Assembly: GCA_016235265.1 (NCBI GenBank)
Contig: JACRLI010000004.1
Coordinates: forward strand, 171,485-235,484
From: Candidatus Eiseniibacteriota bacterium
GTDB taxonomy: Bacteria; Eisenbacteria; RBG-16-71-46; JACRLI01
Length of the DNA: 64,000 nt
Direction of reading: 5' to 3'
Shown: one piece after another, positions 53,683 to 62,199 of the stretch
Layout: the number at the start of each line of letters is the position of its first letter
Numbering within the stretch: position 1 is the stretch's first letter
Position numbers and translations under genes: made by a program
The notes under the pieces: model-generated
What the model was told of the DNA's origin: nothing
What the model saw: only the letters and a program-made list of their open reading frames with translations
The model's database searches: none

Positions 53683-53799
53683 CGGGGGCGTGCGCCGGGA
53701 GCGCGCGCCGGGAGCGCGCGCCGGGCGCGCGCGGCGGGAGCGCGCGGCGGGAGCGCGCGGCGGGAGCGTGCGCCGGGAGCGCGCGGCGGGAGCGCGCGG
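53683..53799. repeat. 13-bp tandem repeat, 9 contiguous copies (consensus cgggagcgcgcgg)
   Basis: I counted unit by unit: 53683, 53696, 53709, 53722, 53735, 53748, 53761, 53774 and 53787. It is intergenic, between the RHS stop and the DUF502 start. Confidence 0.9.
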
Positions 53800-53816
53800 C
53801 GCCACCGGCCACCCGC

Positions 53817-56800
53817 TCAATGCGCCTCCGCGGCATCGTCCCACACCGGCCCGAAGAGGCCATCCAGGACCGACGTGTTCGCGTATCCGGGCACCACCCG
53901 CGAGAGGATGTCGTCCGAGAGGTCGGACAGTTCCGGCCGCAACCCGCCCCAGGTGAGCAGCGCCATCACCCCCACCGGCGGCGTGGCCAGTCCCGCCTGC
54001 ACCGCCAGCACGCCCAGGAGGTCCAGGGTGGTCTCCCCCAGCAGGACGCTCTCCGAGGCCAGGCGCGCGTTCTCCACCTGAACCGGGGTCAGGCCTCGCG
54101 CGTTCTCGAGGGCCATCTGGACGCGAATGCCGGCCACCAGCTGGTGGCCGATCATGGCGCGGTCCAGCGTGCGCGTCGCGGGCACCTTGGTCACGGCCCC
54201 GCGCACCACGGCCCGGGTCACCACCGGGCACACCCGGCCCAGTCCGGCGACCACGGAGAGGGTCGCGTCCTTTCCCGGGAACGTGAGCAATCCGTCGTGG
54301 ATCGAGCGCGCAGCACGGGTGACGGCCAGGTAGGCCTGGTAGAGCTTGCGGCCCTGCTCGCCCGCCCGGTCCCCGCCCACGGTCTTCAGCAGGCGGATGG
54401 CCAGGAGCAGCTTGTCCGGCACGCCGATGGTGCCGCGCACGATCACCGGGGGCAGGATGTAGCGCGGCGCCAGCCCGGCGGGCGCGTCCACCGGGGAGCC
54501 GGCCAGGCCCTCGGGGTCGGCGTAGGTGAGCGGATCGCCGAAGGCGTAGCCGTACGGCGGGGCGCCGGAGTCCCGGAGCGGATCCGGTGAGACGAAGCGC
54601 GCGGTGCCCGGGTCATAGAAGCGGTTCACCAGGTAACACCAGCCGGTCTCCGGATCCTGCTCCGCCCCCAGGAAGCCCAGCGTGGGGCGATCCGCGCCCT
54701 CGAAACGCGACAGCTCGCCGTAGGGCAGGAACTCCTGCTGGAAGCGGACCGCCCCGTCTTCGTCCACGCCCAGGCGCACGGAACCCAGCGCGTCGCAGAG
54801 ATAGGCGACGAAGGCGCCGTCGCGCTCGACGGTGCCGAGCAGCCGGGCCCCCGCGCGCACGTACTCGCGGAGCACGCGGCCCGAGGAATCGGCCTCCGCC
54901 AGCAGCGTGCCATCCTCGTCGCGCAGCTGGAACGTGGTCACGCCGCCCACGCGACGGCGGGTGCGCCAGCCGCGCGCGTCGTATCCATAGACGGCCGAGT
55001 CGGTGACGTCGGCGGCCCGCCCGGCGACCGTCACCAGCCGCCCGGCGGACGACCAGGCGAGCGTGAGGGCGCCGAGGGTGTCCGAGCCCACCAGGCGGGT
55101 GCGTTCGGCCAGCGCGCCGCCGGCGTCATAGGCGAATTCTTCGCGTCCGTGCGGCGCCCGGCGCACGCGGGAGAGGCGCGGCCCGTCCAGGTCGAAGGCC
55201 GCCGATTCGAGGTCACTGCCCACCGAGTCCAGCTCCCCGCCGGGGGCGTGGCGGTAGGTGACGGCGGGAGAGCCCGGTTCGCTGGAGAAGCGCACCGAGG
55301 CGAGACGCCCCGCCGGATCGCGCGCGAAGTCCCAGCGCACTCCCCCGGCGGCGGCACGCGCGGCGCACCGTCCGTCCGGGTCGCGCTCGTGGAACTCCTG
55401 GAACAGGGTGCGCCCGCGCGACTGTCCCACCTGGGAGACCGGCGCACCGCCCGCGTCGCGCTCCCAGCGCTGCTCCAGCGCACCGGCACGCTGCGCGGCG
55501 ACGCGGCCCGCGGCGTCGCGGGTAAAGGCCGCCAGCTCCCGCCCGGAGCCGTGCTCCTCGAGCCGAGCCACGCGGCCAGTGGCGGGATCGTAGTAGTGGT
55601 TCACGCGCCGGCCGTCCGGGTAGATGATGGAGGTGACGCGGTCCAGGCGGTCGTATTCGAACTCCAGCGAAAGCGGACTGGCCACTCCCGCGAAGTGGCA
55701 GGTCTTGCGGACCACCCGGCCCCGGCCGTCGCAGTCGAGTTCCACCACATCCACGGCGCCTCGCTCGTCGCGTGTCTCCACCCGGGTGAGGGAGCCGGGC
55801 GAGGCGCTGCCGTCGTACGAGTAGCGGGCAGTCCAGCGGGAGTCTGCGGGCAGCGCGCCGGCGTCGGCCAGGGCCTGCGCGGAGGCCTCCGTGAGACCCG
55901 CGGAGGTGGCTTCCTCCAGCAGCCGGCCCAGCGCGTCGTAGCGCAGGCACGTCCAGCCGGCCCCGGCCGCGCCACGCTCGTCGCGGGTGAACACCGGGCG
56001 TCCGGCGAGGTCCCACACCGTCACGCGGCGTGAACCGTCGGGGTTCTCGACCAGCAGGCGGTGGCCCGCGAGGTCGTGGTGAAACCGGGTGACGTGCCCG
56101 CCGGGTGCGTGCCACGCGGTGACCCGGCCCGCGGCGTCGTATTCGTAGTACCGGGTCTCGAAGGGAACCGATGCGCCGGCGGCGTACTCCGCGGCGGCCA
56201 GCAGCAGCCCGCGCGCATCCCGGGCGCGCAGCGAGGAGACTCCGCCGGGGTGCCGGGCGATCTCCACGGCGCAGAACCCCGGCGTGCCGCCCGGCCGGCC
56301 CAGGCCGAGAACCTGGAGATCCGGGACGGTGCGGTGCTCGACCCGGGTGGTGCCGGCCGGCCCCGCCTCGGCCGTGGGGCGCCCCAGCTCATCGTGGGTG
56401 TAGGTCACGCCGGCAGCTCCAGCCCTCCCCGCCTGCACCAGGCGTCCGAACGCGTCGTACGCGTACTCCATGGCGGCGCCAGACTCCCCGGCGCGGCGCA
56501 GGCTGCGCGGGCGGCCCAGGCCGTCGAGATGACACACCGCCAGCAGGCTCTCCAGCATGGCCGGATACAGCGCCGCGTAGTCGGTGGCATACCCCGCACC
56601 CGACGTCCGGGTGAGCACCCGCGACGGCCACACCGTGAGGTCGTAGGGCGGCAGCAGCGCCCCGCGCGGCGCGACCGGCGACCTGGGAGTCGGCGGCGGA
56701 GGGCCGGTCATCACGTCGCCGGGCAGCGCGCGGGTGCGCTCGCGGCCTTCCGCGTCGTAGCCGTGCGAGGTGAGGTGCCCCGCGCCGTCGGCCTCGCGCA

Positions 56801-59123
56801 ACAGCTCCCCTTCCCAGCCGAACGACTGGTAGGCCTGCAGGCTGCTCCCGGCGTCCGGGTGCAGCGTGATCATCACCGGGTAGGCGCCTCCGGGGCAGTC
56901 GGCAAAGGCGATGGTGTTGGGGATGGGCCGCGGGTCGTACTCGAACTCCACCGCCTCCCCCAGGGGGCCCGTTGCGCGCACCATCCGCGAGGGCTCGGTC
57001 TCGCTCCAGCTGAAGGTCCGCGTGGCCACGCGCGCGTCGTCGAGCCGGATGTGCTCGGCGGTGACGCGGCCGTAGGCGGGCTCCCGCTCGTACCAGGTCT
57101 CGGAGAGGAGCGCGCCCGTGACCGGGGCCAGCCGGCGCGCGCGCGCGGGGAGCTGCACCGAATAGCGCCCCGTTCCGCTCCAGGGCTGGTGCAGCCCGGG
57201 CGCGTCGAAGTACTCCACTTCGGTGCGCACCCCGGCCGCATCGGTGCATGCCGTCACCCGCGCGAGGCTGTCGTAGGTGGTGGTGGTGGTGTAGCCGCCC
57301 AGAGGCGCGCCCGCGGAGGTGGCCCGGAAGGTCTTCGAGGCCGGCAGCAGCGTGCCGGTGTAATGGTCGCCTTCGGGCACGGCGTCGTAGTCCATGGCCA
57401 GGGCGTGCGTCTCGCCGCAGGCGAGGCTCACCGAGGACTCCACCAGCCGGGCGGCCCAGCGGCTGCGGGTCGGGCCGCCGTGCGTCTGGGGCAGGCACGG
57501 GTACTTGCGAAAGGTGTGCACCATGCGGAACCCGGACGCCAACGCGGCGGCCCGCGCGGCCTCGCGCGACGCGACCGGGGCGCCCGGCCCGGGGGCCCCG
57601 GCGGGAAGGCTCGACGCGCCCGGCGCGCCTCCTGCCGGCGGGGACGGCGACAGCGGCGGCCCGCCGTCGTAGTCCACGTTCGTCAGGTACCGGTACGCGT
57701 CGGACTCGAACGGCGCGCCCACGGCGGGCCGCTCGCTCCAGTCGTAGGCGAGGGCGACCACCTGCACCGGGGCCTGCCCCGCAGCCTCGCGGATCTCCAC
57801 GCGCGAGACCATCGGCGCCAGGCACGGCGAACGCCCGGTGGCCCGCCACGCGCCGTCCTCCCCGCGCAGCGTGGGGTCCGGGCAGGCGGGACGCGTCGCC
57901 GGAAGCGGGACGAAGCCGTAGGTGGAACTGCCGCCTTCCGGGTAGTCCACGCCGGCAAGCCGCATGGCGCGCACGTCCGCGCTGTCCGAGCAGTTCGTGA
58001 GCCACGCCTCGGAGCGGTCGTCGGGCTCGTGGCGGAAGCCGGTCACCCGGCCGGTTCGGTCCGTGAAGTGGTCGAGATAGTACAGGTACGACCGGCGCGG
58101 CCGGGCCGCGCGGTCCGTGTACCACCGCTCCGAGAAGTCCAGCTCGTGCTGGCCGGGGCCGTAGCTGGTCACGACGGACACGTGGCACTCGCCGCCCTGG
58201 GGGGAGGCGTCCACGAGGATGTTCACGCTCCGTCCCGACTGGTCGGTGACCCGCACCGCCGTGGGATGCAGCCACGCGGAGCGTCCGCCGCCGGAGTCGG
58301 CGTACTCGTAACGGACGGTGAGCGAGCAGCCCGGCGTGGGCCCGGCCACCCGGGAGAGGCGGAATGCACGCGGGCCTTCGTTGTTGTTGTACGAGTAACC
58401 GGGCCAGCGCAGCGTGAGCGGCACTTCGTCGAAGGTCCACGTGCTGCCGTCCGGCTTCTTCACCGTGAGCGCGCGCCGGGTGTATGCGGGCGGGGCCAGC
58501 GAGGCGCGCCAGGCGAGTGAGGGATCGTTGGGCAGCATCGCGGGATTGCCGGAGGTGGGCAGGTTGCCGGGGTAGCCGAAGGCCACCGGGGCACCCTCCG
58601 AGGAGGCCAGTTCCACGTCGCCGTTGGATCCCCCGGACGCATACGCCTTGTCGCAGATGGAGTAGCCGGAGGTGCGCCAGCACCCGTCCACCACCAGGCC
58701 GGACGCGTCGCGATGCGGCTGGCCCGGCACCTCGCCGTTGAAGAGGTAGGGCGCCAGGTTGGCGGTCCACAGCACGTGGCCGTTCAGCCCCAGGCTCCAC
58801 TCTCCGAAGGCGGCCTCGGCATCCACGTAGGCCGAGGCGGCCGTGAAATCGAACCGGTGATGCGACACCGAGCCCGAGTAGTCGAGCGTGAGCACCACGT
58901 CCATGCCCCCCGGCTCCGGCCAGCGAAGCAGGGTGCGGTGATACGAGGGCGAGCCGGCGAACAGGCCCACGGACTCGCCGGGCGCGATCTCAACCTGGTC
59001 CTCCCCGAGGCGGCCGCCCAGGGCGTCCCGCGGATCGGGCGCATCCCCGGCCGCGGCCTGCGCCGGGCCCCAGATCGCGATGACAGCCGCCGCCAGGACC
59101 GCCCGAAGTGTGCGTCCCGTCAT
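53817..59123 (-). CDS. RHS/YD-repeat protein with RHS core and a 228-aa C-terminal domain of unknown type
   Basis: The protein has a signal peptide and many YD repeats (YDALGRL, YDAFGRLV, YEYDAAGRV...). The RHS core end reads NRFYDPGTARFVSPDPL...YGYAFGDPLTYADPEGL and is followed by a unique C-terminal region. Confidence 0.9.
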   Translation of the reverse strand: MTGRTLRAVLAAAVIAIWGPAQAAAGDAPDPRDALGGRLGEDQVEIAPGESVGLFAGSPSYHRTLLRWPEPGGMDVVLTLDYSGSVSHHRFDFTAASAYVDAEAAFGEWSLGLNGHVLWTANLAPYLFNGEVPGQPHRDASGLVVDGCWRTSGYSICDKAYASGGSNGDVELASSEGAPVAFGYPGNLPTSGNPAMLPNDPSLAWRASLAPPAYTRRALTVKKPDGSTWTFDEVPLTLRWPGYSYNNNEGPRAFRLSRVAGPTPGCSLTVRYEYADSGGGRSAWLHPTAVRVTDQSGRSVNILVDASPQGGECHVSVVTSYGPGQHELDFSERWYTDRAARPRRSYLYYLDHFTDRTGRVTGFRHEPDDRSEAWLTNCSDSADVRAMRLAGVDYPEGGSSTYGFVPLPATRPACPDPTLRGEDGAWRATGRSPCLAPMVSRVEIREAAGQAPVQVVALAYDWSERPAVGAPFESDAYRYLTNVDYDGGPPLSPSPPAGGAPGASSLPAGAPGPGAPVASREAARAAALASGFRMVHTFRKYPCLPQTHGGPTRSRWAARLVESSVSLACGETHALAMDYDAVPEGDHYTGTLLPASKTFRATSAGAPLGGYTTTTTYDSLARVTACTDAAGVRTEVEYFDAPGLHQPWSGTGRYSVQLPARARRLAPVTGALLSETWYEREPAYGRVTAEHIRLDDARVATRTFSWSETEPSRMVRATGPLGEAVEFEYDPRPIPNTIAFADCPGGAYPVMITLHPDAGSSLQAYQSFGWEGELLREADGAGHLTSHGYDAEGRERTRALPGDVMTGPPPPTPRSPVAPRGALLPPYDLTVWPSRVLTRTSGAGYATDYAALYPAMLESLLAVCHLDGLGRPRSLRRAGESGAAMEYAYDAFGRLVQAGRAGAAGVTYTHDELGRPTAEAGPAGTTRVEHRTVPDLQVLGLGRPGGTPGFCAVEIARHPGGVSSLRARDARGLLLAAAEYAAGASVPFETRYYEYDAAGRVTAWHAPGGHVTRFHHDLAGHRLLVENPDGSRRVTVWDLAGRPVFTRDERGAAGAGWTCLRYDALGRLLEEATSAGLTEASAQALADAGALPADSRWTARYSYDGSASPGSLTRVETRDERGAVDVVELDCDGRGRVVRKTCHFAGVASPLSLEFEYDRLDRVTSIIYPDGRRVNHYYDPATGRVARLEEHGSGRELAAFTRDAAGRVAAQRAGALEQRWERDAGGAPVSQVGQSRGRTLFQEFHERDPDGRCAARAAAGGVRWDFARDPAGRLASVRFSSEPGSPAVTYRHAPGGELDSVGSDLESAAFDLDGPRLSRVRRAPHGREEFAYDAGGALAERTRLVGSDTLGALTLAWSSAGRLVTVAGRAADVTDSAVYGYDARGWRTRRRVGGVTTFQLRDEDGTLLAEADSSGRVLREYVRAGARLLGTVERDGAFVAYLCDALGSVRLGVDEDGAVRFQQEFLPYGELSRFEGADRPTLGFLGAEQDPETGWCYLVNRFYDPGTARFVSPDPLRDSGAPPYGYAFGDPLTYADPEGLAGSPVDAPAGLAPRYILPPVIVRGTIGVPDKLLLAIRLLKTVGGDRAGEQGRKLYQAYLAVTRAARSIHDGLLTFPGKDATLSVVAGLGRVCPVVTRAVVRGAVTKVPATRTLDRAMIGHQLVAGIRVQMALENARGLTPVQVENARLASESVLLGETTLDLLGVLAVQAGLATPPVGVMALLTWGGLRPELSDLSDDILSRVVPGYANTSVLDGLFGPVWDDAAEAH

Positions 59124-59135
59124 CCTCTCCCCCCT

Positions 59136-60941
59136 TCAGTCCAGCCGGACCAGTTTGCCGATGGTCTCCGCGCTCTCCGATCCGGAACGCGCGGTGACGC
59201 GGTAGAAGTACACGCCGCGAGCCACAGGCTCACCGGTGGCGTCTCGCCCGTCCCAACCGAGGCGCTGGCGGCCCTCGCCGAAGTCGCCCTCCAGTCCGCG
59301 CACGCGTCGCCCCGCGACGGTGAACACGTCCACGCGCACGCGCGCGGACCGGGTGAGCGCGAACAGGAAGTCGGTGGCGGTGCGCACCGGGTTGGGGTAG
59401 TTGAAGACGTCCCGCAGGGCCAGCGGCAGCTCGACCTGGAATCGGGCCCCGCCCAGCGTGTCGCCGCGCGCGCAGGCGACGGCGGTATAGGTGCCGCTCT
59501 CGAGGCTCAACCGAAGCTGCACCGCGGAGCGGCCGGTGGCGCGGCCCACGGCCGCCGCACCGCGGAACACCCGGATTTCCACCTCCGGATCCCCGGAGAG
59601 CGCCGGTTCCTCCAGCGCCCCGCGCAGCTCCACCTCCCCACCGGTCAGCCGCAGCACCGGGCCGGCGGCGGAGCCTTCGGCGCCATTCACCCACAGGCGA
59701 AACCGGCCGGGCGGGAGCAACCCGGCCGGCGCGGAGGCGCTCACGCCGTGGTGCCGGTGACCCAGCTCGTGGCGGAACAGCCTCGGGCGGCCGGCCGAGT
59801 CGCTTCCAGCGTCGCTCACGAAACCCAGGGCGGTGCCCCCGTCGTGCGCGGCCCACGCCGCCCGCGTGCCCGGGGGCGCGGAGGCGGAACAGGCTGCCAG
59901 GTCGGTCTGCGAGAGGGAGCGCCCGGGTCGCGCGCCGTCGCCCCAGGTCCCAAGCGGCGAACCGTCGGCGGCCCACGCGGCCAGGCGGCCGTCGCGGCCC
60001 AGGGCGAGGATTCTCTGGCCGCGGTCCGCCAGCACGGCGACACCCCCCACCGGGCCCACGGGCGCGGTGGCCGGCCAGCCGGTCGCGGCGTGGAAGCCGC
60101 GCAGGCCGTCGCCGTCCCAGCGGCCCACGCCACCGGCCAGCGGCACCAGCAGGCAGGGCGCCGCGTCGGATCCCACCCGCGCGGGCTGTGGCGCGGCGGT
60201 GACGGGCACGGAAGTCTGCCGCTCCTGGTAGACCGGCATCGAGCCCGCGTAGAAGAGGCAGAACCACCGGCCGGCCGGGCCTTCCTCCACCCCACCCAGC
60301 ACATCCGGAACGCCGTCGCCGTCCGCGTCGGCGAGACGCAGGCGCGGCCGGCCGGTGAAGTTCGTCAGGGGAGAGATGGGCCGGCGGGCGGACGGATCGC
60401 CGGCCTCGGAGGCCAGCACGTCGCCGGACGTGCCGACCCACACCCAGTCGGGGCGACCGCGGCGCTCGATGTCGCCCAGCTCGGGGGTGTCGGCCATGTC
60501 GCGCGGACAGGGGATCTCTGCGAAGCCCGCCGCGGGCTGCCCGTCGAGGCGCCAGGCGCGCACGGTCTGCCCGCCGTCCCACGACTTCAGCAGGCAGACC
60601 ACCTCCGGCTGGCCATCGCCGTCGAGGTCCTGAAGCCGGGGAACGCCCGCGGGCCACGCGCCGGACGCCGCGACGGGCCAGCCCGGCGCGGGACGCCCGT
60701 ATTCGTCCCACAAGAAGATTCGGCCGCCGTCGTCGCGGCTCACCAGGCGGAAGCCGCCGCCCACCGCGCCCGCGGAGAGCGAGGCCGACGGCAGGGCCGC
60801 GGCGTCCACGGCGAGGAACACCGCCCACAGCAGCGCGGCGATGCCGGCGGCCAGGGCCAGGAACACGACCCAGCGGACCGTCGAGAAGAGCACGGCCCGG
60901 GCGCCCGAGTCCGGGCGGGACCGTTCGTGGCGTGCGCTCAT
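59136..60941 (-). CDS. FG-GAP/VCBS-repeat protein with C-terminal FlgD-Ig/T9SS-like sorting domain
   Basis: It has an N-terminal TM anchor and DxDxDG repeats (LQDLDGDGQPEVV, LADADGDGVPDVL). The C-terminus reads NYPNPVRTATDFLFAL...GVYFYRVTARSG...GKLVRLD. Confidence 0.75.
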   Translation of the reverse strand: MSARHERSRPDSGARAVLFSTVRWVVFLALAAGIAALLWAVFLAVDAAALPSASLSAGAVGGGFRLVSRDDGGRIFLWDEYGRPAPGWPVAASGAWPAGVPRLQDLDGDGQPEVVCLLKSWDGGQTVRAWRLDGQPAAGFAEIPCPRDMADTPELGDIERRGRPDWVWVGTSGDVLASEAGDPSARRPISPLTNFTGRPRLRLADADGDGVPDVLGGVEEGPAGRWFCLFYAGSMPVYQERQTSVPVTAAPQPARVGSDAAPCLLVPLAGGVGRWDGDGLRGFHAATGWPATAPVGPVGGVAVLADRGQRILALGRDGRLAAWAADGSPLGTWGDGARPGRSLSQTDLAACSASAPPGTRAAWAAHDGGTALGFVSDAGSDSAGRPRLFRHELGHRHHGVSASAPAGLLPPGRFRLWVNGAEGSAAGPVLRLTGGEVELRGALEEPALSGDPEVEIRVFRGAAAVGRATGRSAVQLRLSLESGTYTAVACARGDTLGGARFQVELPLALRDVFNYPNPVRTATDFLFALTRSARVRVDVFTVAGRRVRGLEGDFGEGRQRLGWDGRDATGEPVARGVYFYRVTARSGSESAETIGKLVRLD

Positions 60942-60950
60942 GTCGCCCCC

Positions 60951-61958
60951 CTACCAGCGCGCCACGGCGGACACGCGGTGCGTGCCGCCGAGGTCGTGAA
61001 AGGGAGCCACCGCGTAGTCCACGCGAAACGCGCCCACGCCCAGGCCGGCACCGAACGCCGCCCGGCCTTCCGAGGACCCGGCCCGCAGGAACAGCCGGTC
61101 GCGGTTCCGGAGCTCCACTCCGCCGCGCCACGGGCGCACCGGTCCGCCCGAGAGACCCGGGGCGGACGCCGCGCCGAACACGCCGCGCACCGCCAGGCCA
61201 GGGCCCAGGCGCACCTCGCGCGCCACCGCCAGCTCCAGGGACGGTGGGAGGCTCTCTCGCGCCCCGGAATCCCACGCCATGCGCGTGCTGGTGATGTCGC
61301 TGACGCGCGCCGCGACCTCCACGCCGGACACCTCGGCGCGCAACCCCACATCCAGCCCGAAGCCCTCCCCGCGACGGCCGGCGACCTCCTGGCGCAGGTA
61401 CTTGGCGCACACCCCGGCGCTCACGCGCGGGCCGAAGGCGCGCGCGTAGCCCACCATGAGCGCCCACTCGGCGTCGCTGCGCCACTCCACCCGCGAGGGA
61501 TCCACCTGCACCGGCTCGCCCGGTTCCCATCGGCCGTCGTCTTCGCCGGGATCGCGCGTGCCGGGCTGGCCGTCGGCACCGAAGTCGTCGAAGGCGAAGC
61601 GGTCGGTGACCGGGATGTCGTCCACGGACAGGCGCAGGATGCCCACTCCCAGCGCCTCGCCGGAGCCGTGCCCGATGGGGCCGGTCCAGGCCAGCGCATC
61701 GAAGCCGGCCGCCCCGGAGAAGTTCTCGGAGTGCATGATCTCCGCGGCGGCCGAAGGGGTGCGGGCCATCAGCGCCGGGTTCCAGCACAGCGCCGACGGG
61801 TCGTGGCCCACCGAGAGGAGCCCGCCGCCCAGCGCGTACGCGCGGGCGCCCAGCCCCAGGCGCAGGAACTCGGCCACACCGGAAGCGCCGGAAGCGGTGG
61901 GCGGGCCCGCCACGAGCAGCAGGCCGGCCAGGGCAGGAAACAGGGACGAGACGCGCAT
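60951..61958 (-). CDS. PorV/PorQ-like outer-membrane beta-barrel protein
   Basis: From the verified ATG at 61956-61958 the product is 335 aa with a signal peptide. The N-terminal signature is GVAEFLRLGLGARAYALGGGLLSVGHDPSALCWNPA. The C-terminal residue is aromatic (W). Confidence 0.55.
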   Translation of the reverse strand: MRVSSLFPALAGLLLVAGPPTASGASGVAEFLRLGLGARAYALGGGLLSVGHDPSALCWNPALMARTPSAAAEIMHSENFSGAAGFDALAWTGPIGHGSGEALGVGILRLSVDDIPVTDRFAFDDFGADGQPGTRDPGEDDGRWEPGEPVQVDPSRVEWRSDAEWALMVGYARAFGPRVSAGVCAKYLRQEVAGRRGEGFGLDVGLRAEVSGVEVAARVSDITSTRMAWDSGARESLPPSLELAVAREVRLGPGLAVRGVFGAASAPGLSGGPVRPWRGGVELRNRDRLFLRAGSSEGRAAFGAGLGVGAFRVDYAVAPFHDLGGTHRVSAVARW

Positions 61959-62199
61959 GGGGCGCCCTCGCGGGGAATGCATCCGGGGACGGCGTGGATC
62001 CATCGCAAGCGGCGGGCCACCGTCGCCGGGGGCGGCAAACGTTGCAGACAAAGGCGTCCGGCCCGCGATCACGCCCGGACCGGCGGTCACCGCGCGTTGT
62101 CGGGGGAAACACCGGTGGCGGGGGCGGGCCTCTCGGGTATCATTGCGCCAGGCGCCCGGCACGCCGCCATGCGCGGACCCAGGACCCCGGAGATCCAGG

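Noticed and set aside
53683-53799. A CRISPR array.
   Set aside because: The units are only 13 bp and are directly contiguous, with no spacers. There are no cas genes in the window.
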